DNA of 64,000 nt from Chitinophagales bacterium (GCA_947449695.1 CANFST010000012.1:6460-70459); one strand, 5' to 3'. Shown: positions 36,582-46,108, counted from the stretch's first letter. A program made the numbers and translations. Notes: a model not told the origin generated them from the sequence alone.

Positions 36582-38168
36582 TTATCCCTTAGTGTGCTTG
36601 TAAATTTTTCTGATTAAATCTTCTTCTTCAAATGGTTTGCTGATGTAATCATTCATACCAATTGCAAAACATTTTTCAGTATCAGTTTTTAAAGCATCAG
36701 CCGTCATGGCAATGATTTTTATTGCATTACCAGTTTTACGAATAGCTTCAGTGGCTTGATAGCCGTTCATTTCGGGCATTTGCAAATCCATCAAAATAAT
36801 ATCGTAATGACTTGTTGCAATTTTTTCAACAGCAATTTTTCCGTTTTCAGCCACTTCAACATTCACATTCGGAATCATAGATTGCAACGAATCTATCGCA
36901 ACAATTTGATTGAAACCATCATCTTCGGTCAATAAAATTTTTAAGCCCTCTAATTTTTTTGCTAATTCTAAAAAATCATTAGCTGCTGCTTCAACGGCTA
37001 AAACTGATGCTGCATCTGCTGTTCGGCATGGTATAGTAAACCAAAATGTTGTTCCATTGCCATAAGTGCTATTTACACCAATGCCACCACCCATCATTTC
37101 GCATAATTGTTTTGAGATGGTTAATCCTAAGCCCGTTCCTCCAAACTTACGACTAGTGTCACTTCCAGCTTGAGAAAAACTTTCAAATACTTTATCTAAT
37201 TTGTCTTCAGCAATGCCAATTCCTGTATCAATTACATCAAACTGTATGAATTTGTGTTGTTCAGAATTTCGCTCATTTGTACTGCTGAAGCTATGCACAT
37301 TCAATGTAATGCTTCCTTTCTCAGTAAATTTAATTGCATTGCCAATCAGGTTGATTAATACCTGAGTTAATCGAGTTGGGTCGCCAATTAAATTATCTGG
37401 TAAATCTTTTTCTACCACAAATATTAATGGCAGATTTTTTTCTTCCGCCTTAAATTGTAAGGTACTTGAAACGCCATCCAATAAATGTTTTAGTGAAAAT
37501 GGAATCTGTTCAATTTCCATTTTGCCAGCTTCAATTTTTGAAATATCCAAAATGTCATTTACAATTACCAATAAATTATTTCCAGCTTGTTGAATAGCAT
37601 TCAAATATTTCATATTGTCCTCATCTTGATTGCGTTTCAACATCAATCGCGTCATTCCAACAATGGCATTCATTGGCGTACGAATTTCATGACTCATATT
37701 AGCCAGAAACTGGTCTTTGAATTTTGCCGATTCAATGGCTAATTCATTATCTAAGGCTTCTTTTTGCAATTGCGAATTTCTGATTTTCAAATCCAAACTT
37801 TCCAATGCCAAATCAATAGTCATCTTCAATTCCTGTTCCTGCCAGGGTTTAGTGATATAGCGATAAATTCTACCAGTGTTAATCGCTCTGATAATATCTT
37901 CCACGTCGCTAAATCCTGTTAGAATCATTCTCACAGATTCAGGATATAATCCAACAGCTTTTTCTAAAAATTCAACGCCAGTCATTTCAGGCATTCGCTG
38001 GTCGGTGATAATTAAATGAATGGAATTGTTGTTCATGATTTCAATTCCTTCTTTCGCACTGTTGGCAGTAAAAATGTTGTAATGTCTGCGGAATGCGGCT
38101 TTGAACGAATTCAAATTGTGTTGCTCATCGTCAACATAAAGAATGTTGTAGTTTTTGGTGTCTAACAT
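36582..38168 (-). CDS. Cytoplasmic hybrid histidine kinase: REC - coiled coil - HisKA - HATPase_c - REC
   Basis: N-terminal REC (ILYVDDE...IITDQRMPEMTG...KPW). H-box FLANMSHEIRTPMNAI. N/G boxes NLIGNAIKFT, DTGIGI, GGTGLGL. C-terminal REC (ILLTEDD...ILMDLQMPEMNG...DYISKP). No TM segment. Confidence 0.87.
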   Translation of the reverse strand: MLDTKNYNILYVDDEQHNLNSFKAAFRRHYNIFTANSAKEGIEIMNNNSIHLIITDQRMPEMTGVEFLEKAVGLYPESVRMILTGFSDVEDIIRAINTGRIYRYITKPWQEQELKMTIDLALESLDLKIRNSQLQKEALDNELAIESAKFKDQFLANMSHEIRTPMNAIVGMTRLMLKRNQDEDNMKYLNAIQQAGNNLLVIVNDILDISKIEAGKMEIEQIPFSLKHLLDGVSSTLQFKAEEKNLPLIFVVEKDLPDNLIGDPTRLTQVLINLIGNAIKFTEKGSITLNVHSFSSTNERNSEQHKFIQFDVIDTGIGIAEDKLDKVFESFSQAGSDTSRKFGGTGLGLTISKQLCEMMGGGIGVNSTYGNGTTFWFTIPCRTADAASVLAVEAAANDFLELAKKLEGLKILLTEDDGFNQIVAIDSLQSMIPNVNVEVAENGKIAVEKIATSHYDIILMDLQMPEMNGYQATEAIRKTGNAIKIIAMTADALKTDTEKCFAIGMNDYISKPFEEEDLIRKIYKHTKG

Positions 38169-38186
38169 TTTTGGTGATTTTTTATT

Positions 38187-40265
38187 TTAGTTGATGGGTA
38201 ATGATATGGTAAAAGTAGTTCCTTTTCCTATTTCACTTTTCACTTCAATTTTTCCATTATGGCTTTCGATGATACCATAAGTGATGCTCAAACCTAATCC
38301 TGTTCCACTTCCCACATCTTTCGTTGTAAAAAACGGGTCAAAGATTTTTGACTTAATTTCTTCTGTCATGCCTTGCCCATTATCAGTAATTGAGATAAAG
38401 GCTTTATCATTTTCGCACCATGTTTTGATATTAATTTTTCCTTTTGTGTTTGAAGCATCAATTGCATTAGCAATGATATTCATAAATACCTGATTGATTT
38501 TCCCAGCAAAACATTTTACTAAAGGTAACTGCTCATATTTTTTTTCAATCGAAATTTCTTTAGCAACAATTTTTGAATTGAGCAATAGCAATGTGCCTTC
38601 TAAACCTTCCTGAATTTCATATTCTGATTTTTTTTGTTCATCAGTTCTTGAAAAGGTTTTTAAACCTCTTACGATATCAGCCGTACGTTTTGCACCTTCT
38701 TCAATGCCTTTTAATAATTCTTTTATTTCGGTAAATGTATAATCAATATCCATGTCCTTAATCATTTGTTGCAGCACTTTATCATTTGGTTCTATACCAG
38801 ATTCTTTGTACCGTTTGAAAATAGTTTCTAAGTCAGCGAAATCACGTTTTAGTGGTGAAATATTGCTACTCACAAAATTGATTGGATTATTGATTTCATG
38901 AGCAATGCCAGCCGTGAGTTGACCAAGTGATGCCAATTTTTCATTTTGAATCAACTGACTTTGTGTGTGCTTTAAATCTTCCAAAGTGTTGTTCAATTCT
39001 GAAGTTCGTTCACTTACTTTTGATTCTAAAATCAAATTTTGTTCTTTCACAATTCTCTCATTTTCCATGGTTGATTCCAACAATTTTTCGGTGGCTTCTA
39101 ATTTCATCCTTTCCAATTCTTCTTTTTCCCACTCAAATCGTTTTGAAATTAAGAAAGTGAAAATGAATGCTTCAATCAAAGTTGCTAACCCAACATGGCT
39201 CAAACCAATGAAGTATGGAGGTTTACCTGTTTGTATATAAGTAGCTTCGGTAAGCACTAATAAAAAATAGATGAAGTAAGCCCATGCAAAATAAAAACCC
39301 AACCGGTTTCCTCTTTTACCAATTTTATAACCAACATAACCCATTAAAAAGTATGATAACAAAGCATTTACCGTATTAATAGCTAAGGTAACTTTAAGCG
39401 GACAGAAGAAACGAATCAAGGCGTAAGCGATAAAATAAATTGTAATCCCAACAACAGTTTTATACAATTTTGGTAATGCATTTTTAACTTCTAAAAACCA
39501 TAAACAATAAATGGTTTGAATAGGGACACCAATGGTTGGAATAACCACATACCAGAACATCATATCAATATGAGGGAAAAAATAAACGATGAATCCATCC
39601 ATTACCATAGCAGCATATGAGGCATAAATACAAACTACTAATGCATAAAATAAATACAATCGATTGCGTAATGAAAAGAAGAAAAACAGATTGCTTAAAA
39701 TCACAAACAACATAAAACCTAAATAAAAACCGTAAACCATTTGTTGGCTATCAGCTTTTATTTCATGTGCATCTTTCTTGAAAATCTTTACTGGCAAGGG
39801 ATGTGAGTTGCTCAACAGTTTTACATAAAAAGTATGTTTGCCCATTGGCAACGGAAAAACCTGAAAATGACTTTTGATAATTTTTTGATGAACAGGAATT
39901 TTATAACCTGCTTCCATCTTCACAAATTTTCCTGTTGAATCAGCGTAATACAATTCGGTAACTGGCAAAAAAGCATGAGCAATTTCTAAATACAAATCAT
40001 CGTTGATAGAATTATCCAATGAAAATTTCAACCAATAGTAAGATTCAGTGAAACCAAAATTTAAAATTACTTTTTCAGATGGCATAAATTTTTTCTGAAA
40101 AGAATCACTGGTAATTTGTTCAATGCTGAAGCTGCCTTTAGCATCTTCCAAGGTTGAAAGTTGATTACCAATGGTAATATTTTCATGTTTGCCATCCCAC
40201 AAAATATTTTGGGCTTGGGTTGAAAAAATACTACAACAGAAAAGTAGTAGAAATATTTTTTTCAT
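38187..40265 (-). CDS. 7TMR-DISM sensor histidine kinase (extracellular DISMED2-like domain, 7 TM, HisKA, HATPase_c)
   Basis: Signal peptide. Periplasmic domain with [14 protein letters not shown], then seven hydrophobic helices. H-box [15 protein letters not shown]. Catalytic region [10 protein letters not shown] and [16 protein letters not shown]. Confidence 0.82.
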   Translation of the reverse strand: MKKIFLLLFCCSIFSTQAQNILWDGKHENITIGNQLSTLEDAKGSFSIEQITSDSFQKKFMPSEKVILNFGFTESYYWLKFSLDNSINDDLYLEIAHAFLPVTELYYADSTGKFVKMEAGYKIPVHQKIIKSHFQVFPLPMGKHTFYVKLLSNSHPLPVKIFKKDAHEIKADSQQMVYGFYLGFMLFVILSNLFFFFSLRNRLYLFYALVVCIYASYAAMVMDGFIVYFFPHIDMMFWYVVIPTIGVPIQTIYCLWFLEVKNALPKLYKTVVGITIYFIAYALIRFFCPLKVTLAINTVNALLSYFLMGYVGYKIGKRGNRLGFYFAWAYFIYFLLVLTEATYIQTGKPPYFIGLSHVGLATLIEAFIFTFLISKRFEWEKEELERMKLEATEKLLESTMENERIVKEQNLILESKVSERTSELNNTLEDLKHTQSQLIQNEKLASLGQLTAGIAHEINNPINFVSSNISPLKRDFADLETIFKRYKESGIEPNDKVLQQMIKDMDIDYTFTEIKELLKGIEEGAKRTADIVRGLKTFSRTDEQKKSEYEIQEGLEGTLLLLNSKIVAKEISIEKKYEQLPLVKCFAGKINQVFMNIIANAIDASNTKGKINIKTWCENDKAFISITDNGQGMTEEIKSKIFDPFFTTKDVGSGTGLGLSITYGIIESHNGKIEVKSEIGKGTTFTISLPIN

Positions 40266-40300
40266 TGATTAGGTTTTGATGAATTTAGTTTGCAAATAAA

Positions 40301-41494
40301 TTACTTCACATAATTTGGTTCCAAGGGTTCTTCTTTAAAAAATTTAGAATCAATACCCATGATAGTGGCGCAAGCAATCCACCAAAGCCAGCAATAGCCG
40401 CTAAATGGCAAATAACCCATAAAGCCAACCACAGGCATTTCAAACAAATGAAAATCGTTGATGTAAGGTAAATCATATTGCCAATAAGCCGGGGCTGTGG
40501 TGAAAGTTATTGTTCTGTCAGCCGCATGAATAGCGCTAAAATAATTCTGACATTCTAACACCAAACCAGCGCAAAAATAAGTGAGTGCAAAAACTAAAAC
40601 AGGATTCCAATTGCCTTGTCCAATGGCTCTTAGCGGAGACCAAACACCGCATTTGTCAATCACTAAGGCTAACAGTAAAGCAGGTGCTAACCACAATGAC
40701 CAGAAAAAAATATTTGGCCAAATGCCTGATGCAATCAAAAAGAAAAGCGATAAATAAATCAGATAGTTTTTCAACTTTTCAGGAATAATAATTTTTATAC
40801 CGTTTGAAAATCTGTTTTTAAAAATCGGAAATGTTTGAAACAAACTATACCATTCAAAAGCCACTGTGAGCAAGCCTGATGAAATTAAAATAGCGTACAA
40901 TAAAAATTGTTCTTGTGAAATAATATTTCCAAATGGATAGTACCAATCAAAGTGCACGAAGAAGTTTAAATATTCAAACAACATCCAACCACCAGCAGAT
41001 ACAATTCCTATTGCTACAATTTCTTGCGGCACATTTCTGATTAAAGATTTACCACCATTGCGAACATAAACCCATCCGTCTAACATTAATACAAAGCCCC
41101 AAAACAATGGCATATCGCTCCAATGCAAATACCACTTTGGTGCGGTTGCTTTTGTCCATAAAAGAAACAAAGCACTGCCCCAAAAGAATAAACCAATCCA
41201 AAACCAAATAGGCCATTTTACTTTTACAACTGGCTTTCGTGGCTCAATTGGTTGTTGTTTGAAACCGAATAAACTCGGGAAAACATACAATGCAATTACA
41301 CCAATAAATAAACAAACACACACAATAAATACTGGCCAACTAAACCCTGATTTACTCATGGGTGCTAACATGGGGTAGTCAAAAAAATGTGGTGGAAACA
41401 CACCACTAAAGTTTATGTAAGAACCTAACCATGGCAAAAAAATAATGGCAAAAATAGATGCAGACAAGTAAGTTACTTTTTTTAAATCAGTCAT
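40301..41494 (-). CDS. Uncharacterised Trp/Phe-rich polytopic membrane protein (about 10 or more TM)
   Basis: 397 aa, hydrophobic throughout. I recognise no family motif. It lies 35 bp upstream of the 7TMR-DISM kinase gene and 37 bp downstream of the DUF1361 gene. Confidence 0.5.
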   Translation of the reverse strand: MTDLKKVTYLSASIFAIIFLPWLGSYINFSGVFPPHFFDYPMLAPMSKSGFSWPVFIVCVCLFIGVIALYVFPSLFGFKQQPIEPRKPVVKVKWPIWFWIGLFFWGSALFLLWTKATAPKWYLHWSDMPLFWGFVLMLDGWVYVRNGGKSLIRNVPQEIVAIGIVSAGGWMLFEYLNFFVHFDWYYPFGNIISQEQFLLYAILISSGLLTVAFEWYSLFQTFPIFKNRFSNGIKIIIPEKLKNYLIYLSLFFLIASGIWPNIFFWSLWLAPALLLALVIDKCGVWSPLRAIGQGNWNPVLVFALTYFCAGLVLECQNYFSAIHAADRTITFTTAPAYWQYDLPYINDFHLFEMPVVGFMGYLPFSGYCWLWWIACATIMGIDSKFFKEEPLEPNYVK

Positions 41495-41531
41495 GATTTT
41501 CAGATTTTATTTTAAATATTTTTTGAGAAAA

Positions 41532-42245
41532 TTAATTTGCTGAAGTATCACTTACTTCAACGTTTTGAACATTGCTTACATCTTTCATCATTATCATCAC
41601 CATATATTGCACAATGCCAAAAAGTAACATCAACAAATAGTCGGGAACATGTTGTCCAATTGGTAAGAGAGCATGCCAAACTACTTTTAGCACAACAATT
41701 GGATGAATAAATAATTCCCATGAATACAATAATCCGTTGCCATAAGGAATGCCCGAGGCTAATAATCTTCCCATATAAAAACCAACACTGCTTAATATCA
41801 ATGTTACAGTAATGGCAGCATTTGCTACTATTTTATTGTAACGACTAAAGATTAGATTGAAGATAATTTTCATCGAAATGAAACCATAAAAAAGCGATAA
41901 CATCGCAATTGAAAAAATTATGATAGTGTCATAAATAATTTGGTTTGGAATTTTTGATGGGTCTAAACTGTTGTGGATTAAATCACTAATCATATATGGT
42001 GCATTAGGATAAAAAATCAACCATACAAAGCATCCAATCCAAAAGAAAAATTTATTTATTTTTGCATTAAAGATAACCATCAAAGTGGCTACTAACAAGG
42101 GACAGAAGCTCGACCATAAATTCCGCCACAAAAAATTAAACACTGTATTATCAACGTACCAATTTCGGATAGTCATGATGATAAGATTCATCACAGTGAG
42201 GAACACGATTACTTTAGTGTAATCAGGGAATTTGAATTTGCGCAT
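41532..42245 (-). CDS. DUF1361 family polytopic membrane protein
   Basis: 237 aa. IFYPNAPYMISDLIH matches the conserved NAPY-x-x-TD-x-x-H core I associate with DUF1361. Confidence 0.62.
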   Translation of the reverse strand: MRKFKFPDYTKVIVFLTVMNLIIMTIRNWYVDNTVFNFLWRNLWSSFCPLLVATLMVIFNAKINKFFFWIGCFVWLIFYPNAPYMISDLIHNSLDPSKIPNQIIYDTIIIFSIAMLSLFYGFISMKIIFNLIFSRYNKIVANAAITVTLILSSVGFYMGRLLASGIPYGNGLLYSWELFIHPIVVLKVVWHALLPIGQHVPDYLLMLLFGIVQYMVMIMMKDVSNVQNVEVSDTSAN

Positions 42246-42271
42246 GAGGTTAAGTGGTTTTTAGATTGCAC

Positions 42272-42311
42272 AAAATAAAAAAACTGAATGAAAAAATTCA
42301 ATTCATTAGTA
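42272..42311 (-). terminator. Weak AT-rich hairpin plus U-run after the TPR kinase gene (possible terminator or attenuator)
   Basis: On the minus strand, actaatgaa pairs with ttcatt(c)agt around a 9-nt loop, followed by tttttttatttt. The stem has only 2 G:C pairs and one bulge. Confidence 0.35.
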
Positions 42312-42343
42312 ATCTTATTAAACAAAAAATTGGTTGTTTAAAT

Positions 42344-44488
42344 TTACGCAATTGGCAACGTAATAGTAAATTCACTTCCTTTACCAACTTCACTTTCCAC
42401 TTCAATTTTGCCATTGTGTTTTTCGATTATGCCATAAGAAATGCTCAAACCCAATCCTGTTCCACTTCCCACATCTTTGGTTGTAAAAAATGGGTCGAAT
42501 ATTTTTTGTTGAACTTCTTTGGTCATTCCTTTGCCATTGTCTTTAATTTTGATGATAACATTTTTATTATCGTTCAAAGTTTGCAATTCTATTTTTCCAT
42601 TTTCTTTATCAATTGCATCTGCTGAATTACTGATGATATTCATAAACACCTGATTCAATTGACCTGGGTAACAATTGATAGCTGGAATTTTCCCAAACAA
42701 TTTTTCTACTTCGATATTTTTATCTTTCAACTTGGTTTGCAAAATCATAACAGTTGAATCTAAGCTTTCATTCATGTCTGCTTTTTTCAATTCAGCTTCA
42801 TCGGTTCTTGAAAAATTACGTAAGCCTTTTACAATTTCAGCAGTTCGTGAAGCGCCTTCTGTAATACCTTTCATCAATTCATCAATTTCAGTAATGGTAT
42901 AATCAATATCCAGTTTTTTCTTTAACGCAACTGCTTCGGTAGGATTTTCTTCGTAGGTTTTCAAAAGGATTTTAACATCATCAATATCACGTTTTAAAGA
43001 ACCAATGCTACTACTTACAAAATTGATTGGGTTATTGATTTCATGCGCCACACCTGCTGTAAGTTGCCCCAGAGAAGCCATTTTTTCTGATTGCACCAAT
43101 TGCTGTTGTGTTGATTTTAATTTGTCGTGTGTTTCATTCAATTCTTTGAAAGCCATTTTCGTTCGTACCAAAGCCTTTTGATTATTTTTGTAAATGATAA
43201 AAATGAAAACAGCAATCAATAAAAATATACCAGCCACCGCAAACAGCCAATAGCGGTCGTAGCGCCGCTTTTCGAGTTCCAATTCATTTGCTTTCATAGC
43301 ATAAGCTTGCACTTCTTTTTCTTTAAGCAATTGTTTGATTAAACTTTCTTTTTGTAAAATTTCTGTTTCATTATAGTTCAACTCTGCACCAGATAAGGAG
43401 TCGCGTTCTCTTACCAATTTTTTAATTTGGTCATCAGTCGACAAAGTGAGTAATTTAATTTGGTCTTTTGTGAGGTTAGAATAAGCTGCACCTAATACTT
43501 TTTCTAATTGGTCTTTATCCATTTTTTTGCCACTCACCATTTTTTTTAAAATGCTATCGCGAATCTGATCGTAGCGACTGCTGGCCTGTTTTAAGTCATT
43601 CGCATCATGTGGTTTGAATAATAATGCTTGTGTAGCATCGGGTAAAAACTCTTCATTTTCCGGCATTTCACCTGCTGTTGCATAATAAGTTGCGCTTTTG
43701 TTGAAGTAATTGTTTGCTTTTTCAAATTCGCTTCCACCCCAATAATTGTAACCAATCTCTTTACACACTTTTCCTTTTTGCGAATTGCTCATTTTTGGAA
43801 AATCATTCTTTTCAACCGCCAAAAGCTGCAACAATCGTGTGTTTCGTTCTTTCTTACTTTGTTCAATGGATTCTAAAAGATTCGCCATCTTATTTCCCAA
43901 GGCACTAGTTTTCGATTTTTCACTGGCTGTAATTCCTTGCTTCAAATAATCCGAAGCCTCATCGGCCTTGTTGATTTTGATGTACAATTTGCTAATGAGG
44001 TAATTTACTTCAGCTAATTGCTTTTCTAACTTTAATTGTTCTAAATTTTTTAATGATTGTTTATACAAATCCAATGCTTTGTCAAAATCCATATCCATAT
44101 CATACACATAAGCCAATCGAGCAGTCATCAAAGCCAGCATTTTAGGATTATTGCTACTATTATAATTTTGCATAGCCTGTTGAAAGTAATTTTCAGCCGC
44201 CTTTAAATTATTATTTTGAAAATTGTAAACTGCAATGTTATTTGCTATTTGAGCTTGTAATTTAAAATTACCCTTAGCTACCGCAGTGCCATTTCTTCTC
44301 AAATTAATTTGATAAAATTGATTTGAAAATTGCATAGGCAATTTGCTCAAATCAACATTTTCGCTGGGTAAATTATTGATGTCATTGCTGATTTGACGAT
44401 CTATAAAAAGAGAATCTTGCGCAAAGTTTTTCTTTAAAAAACTCAAAAGCAAAATAAAAAGGATGATAACTTTTAAAGATTTTTTCAT
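42344..44488 (-). CDS. Sensor histidine kinase with periplasmic TPR repeats, one TM helix, HisKA and HATPase_c
   Basis: Signal peptide. TPR-like repeats (AENYFQQAMQNY..., FDKALDLYKQSL...). TM helix YWLFAVAGIFLLIAVFIFIIY. H-box [15 protein letters not shown]. Catalytic [16 protein letters not shown]. Confidence 0.82.
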   Translation of the reverse strand: MKKSLKVIILFILLLSFLKKNFAQDSLFIDRQISNDINNLPSENVDLSKLPMQFSNQFYQINLRRNGTAVAKGNFKLQAQIANNIAVYNFQNNNLKAAENYFQQAMQNYNSSNNPKMLALMTARLAYVYDMDMDFDKALDLYKQSLKNLEQLKLEKQLAEVNYLISKLYIKINKADEASDYLKQGITASEKSKTSALGNKMANLLESIEQSKKERNTRLLQLLAVEKNDFPKMSNSQKGKVCKEIGYNYWGGSEFEKANNYFNKSATYYATAGEMPENEEFLPDATQALLFKPHDANDLKQASSRYDQIRDSILKKMVSGKKMDKDQLEKVLGAAYSNLTKDQIKLLTLSTDDQIKKLVRERDSLSGAELNYNETEILQKESLIKQLLKEKEVQAYAMKANELELEKRRYDRYWLFAVAGIFLLIAVFIFIIYKNNQKALVRTKMAFKELNETHDKLKSTQQQLVQSEKMASLGQLTAGVAHEINNPINFVSSSIGSLKRDIDDVKILLKTYEENPTEAVALKKKLDIDYTITEIDELMKGITEGASRTAEIVKGLRNFSRTDEAELKKADMNESLDSTVMILQTKLKDKNIEVEKLFGKIPAINCYPGQLNQVFMNIISNSADAIDKENGKIELQTLNDNKNVIIKIKDNGKGMTKEVQQKIFDPFFTTKDVGSGTGLGLSISYGIIEKHNGKIEVESEVGKGSEFTITLPIA

Positions 44489-44549
44489 TTTTTTAGCTTC
44501 AGTTTTAACTAGATAGTTAAACAGAATGATTTATTTTGAACACACTTTT

Positions 44550-45119
44550 TTAATTCAAACTTGGATGAATAGGGTAATTGCTCATCTGTGCAAAGTCGCC
44601 ACCCATGCTGATTAGCGACTGTCGCCAAATATTTTCTTCTTTTTCTACAAACATTAAATGCTTACTCGAATCGCCAACAATCCAAGTAGATTCTTTCATC
44701 TCATTTTGCAGTTGTTTGCCTTCCCAACCGCTGTAACCTAAAAAGAATTTGATGCAATTAGACTCAATTAAATTTTCTTCCAACAAAATTTTTGCGGCGT
44801 TAAAATCACCACCCCAAAATACGCCATCAGCCACTGCCAATCCACCCGAAATTTGATTAGGTAAAGTATGTAAAAAGTGAAGCCTGTCAGAGTGTACAGG
44901 TCCGCCATAGTAAACAGGAATATGAGTGCCTTTTAGTTCAGGAAAAAAATCTTCCAACTTATCAGGCAGCGAACGATTAATCATAAAACCAACAGTGCCC
45001 AAATCATTTTCATGTTCGCAAACAAACACCACACTTCGGCTGAAATAATTATCCAGCAAAAACGGGTCGGCGATTAAAAATTTTCCTTTCTCGGGTAAAA
45101 ACATAAAAGCAATTTTCAA
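44550..45119 (-). CDS. YqgE/AlgH family protein
   Basis: GKFLIADPFLLDNYFSRSVVFVCEHENDLGTVGFMINR...GGPV...GYSGWEGKQLQNE. Confidence 0.8.
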   Translation of the reverse strand: MKIAFMFLPEKGKFLIADPFLLDNYFSRSVVFVCEHENDLGTVGFMINRSLPDKLEDFFPELKGTHIPVYYGGPVHSDRLHFLHTLPNQISGGLAVADGVFWGGDFNAAKILLEENLIESNCIKFFLGYSGWEGKQLQNEMKESTWIVGDSSKHLMFVEKEENIWRQSLISMGGDFAQMSNYPIHPSLN

Positions 45120-45127
45120 AAATTATT

Positions 45128-45352
45128 TTAAGGTTTCCAATTTATTTTATCCACTAATTTTCGGGCATTGGGTACAATTATCAAAGCCACACAATAAGCC
45201 ACAGGGAAAGCTACAACCCAAGATTGAAGCCAGTTTACAATAGTTTCAAAATGAAAACCAGTATGCATTAAATTAAAAACAAGTGTCATTGTTCCACTCA
45301 AAGGAATGGAGATAAACAAAATCAAAATGTAGTGGTAATATTTTCTGTTCAC
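45128..45352 (-). CDS. DUF2798-like small membrane protein
   Basis: 74 aa, two hydrophobic helices, SGTMTLVFNLMHTGFHFETIVNWLQSWVVAFPVAY. Confidence 0.55.
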   Translation of the reverse strand: MNRKYYHYILILFISIPLSGTMTLVFNLMHTGFHFETIVNWLQSWVVAFPVAYCVALIIVPNARKLVDKINWKP

Positions 45353-45358
45353 TTTTTT

Positions 45359-45715
45359 TTAGATTTTAAATTCCGTTTTTTCTGCCCACAAAAAATTTCT
45401 ATTTTCATTTTTCACCAAATCAATTTGCAAAATATTTTCCTTTTCAATCACGCCAAAAATGTGAGGAAAATAATCGTTCACCGAATTGGAGAACTCAAAT
45501 TTTATTTTCGATTTCATTGCATTTGCATCCAAATGCAAAATCAAAATTTCTTTTTCTGCGGCATAATATCGTTGTGCTGTTGCTTCTAATTGTGCGCTAG
45601 TACTGGTATGTATAAATCCTTCTGTTTTTAATGAAGCAGTTTCAAAATAATTTTCGTTGGCAAATTGTTGCCAAACTTCTATTGTAGTGATATGAAAAAT
45701 GATGGGTTGAAACAA
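45359..45715 (-). CDS. DUF952 family protein
   Basis: FHITTIEVWQQ...SLKTEGFIHTSTSAQL...ILILHLD...FPHIFGVI. Confidence 0.65.
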   Translation of the reverse strand: MFQPIIFHITTIEVWQQFANENYFETASLKTEGFIHTSTSAQLEATAQRYYAAEKEILILHLDANAMKSKIKFEFSNSVNDYFPHIFGVIEKENILQIDLVKNENRNFLWAEKTEFKI

Positions 45716-45721
45716 GACTGA

Positions 45722-46108
45722 TTAATGAATTTTTCCGTCGTGAATTAATTGACGAACAGCGTTGATAACATTTTTAAAAGCCTCTTCATCTTTGTTGAAA
45801 TAGCGATAAACTCCGTCTTTCACGATGCTCAACATCAATCCATAATGTTCTTGTCCGCTCAAAAAAATCACTGGCACATGTGGATTTAATTTCTTCATTT
45901 CTTTGAAAATTGAGTAACCATCTTTTGCCAAATTATGTTCGCCCGACAAATGATAATCCAAAATCACTACATCAGGGTTGGAATAAATTTGTTTGATAAA
46001 ATCTTCGCCGTTGTTGAAAGAAACTACATTTGAAGGAAAATTATTTTCTAATTCATCTTTCAACATCGTTGAAAAAAGTGCATCATCATCTATAATAAAA
46101 ATTTTCAT
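45722..46108 (-). CDS. Stand-alone response-regulator receiver protein
   Basis: MKIFIIDDD...VVILDYHL...IFLSGQ...: a receiver domain only. It is a paralogue of the receiver at 35628-36197. Confidence 0.8.
   Translation of the reverse strand: MKIFIIDDDALFSTMLKDELENNFPSNVVSFNNGEDFIKQIYSNPDVVILDYHLSGEHNLAKDGYSIFKEMKKLNPHVPVIFLSGQEHYGLMLSIVKDGVYRYFNKDEEAFKNVINAVRQLIHDGKIH

Noticed and set aside
42254-42625. 123-aa plus-strand ORF spanning the DUF1361/TPR-kinase intergenic gap and the 3-prime end of the kinase gene.
   Set aside because: Most of it is antisense to the highly conserved HATPase_c region of the kinase. The translation is Phe/Ile/Asn-rich with no motifs.
45332-45589. 85-aa plus-strand ORF over the DUF2798/DUF952 junction.
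   Set aside because: It is antisense to two ORFs with recognisable family patterns. Its composition is dominated by Phe, Ile and Cys from AT-rich antisense codons.
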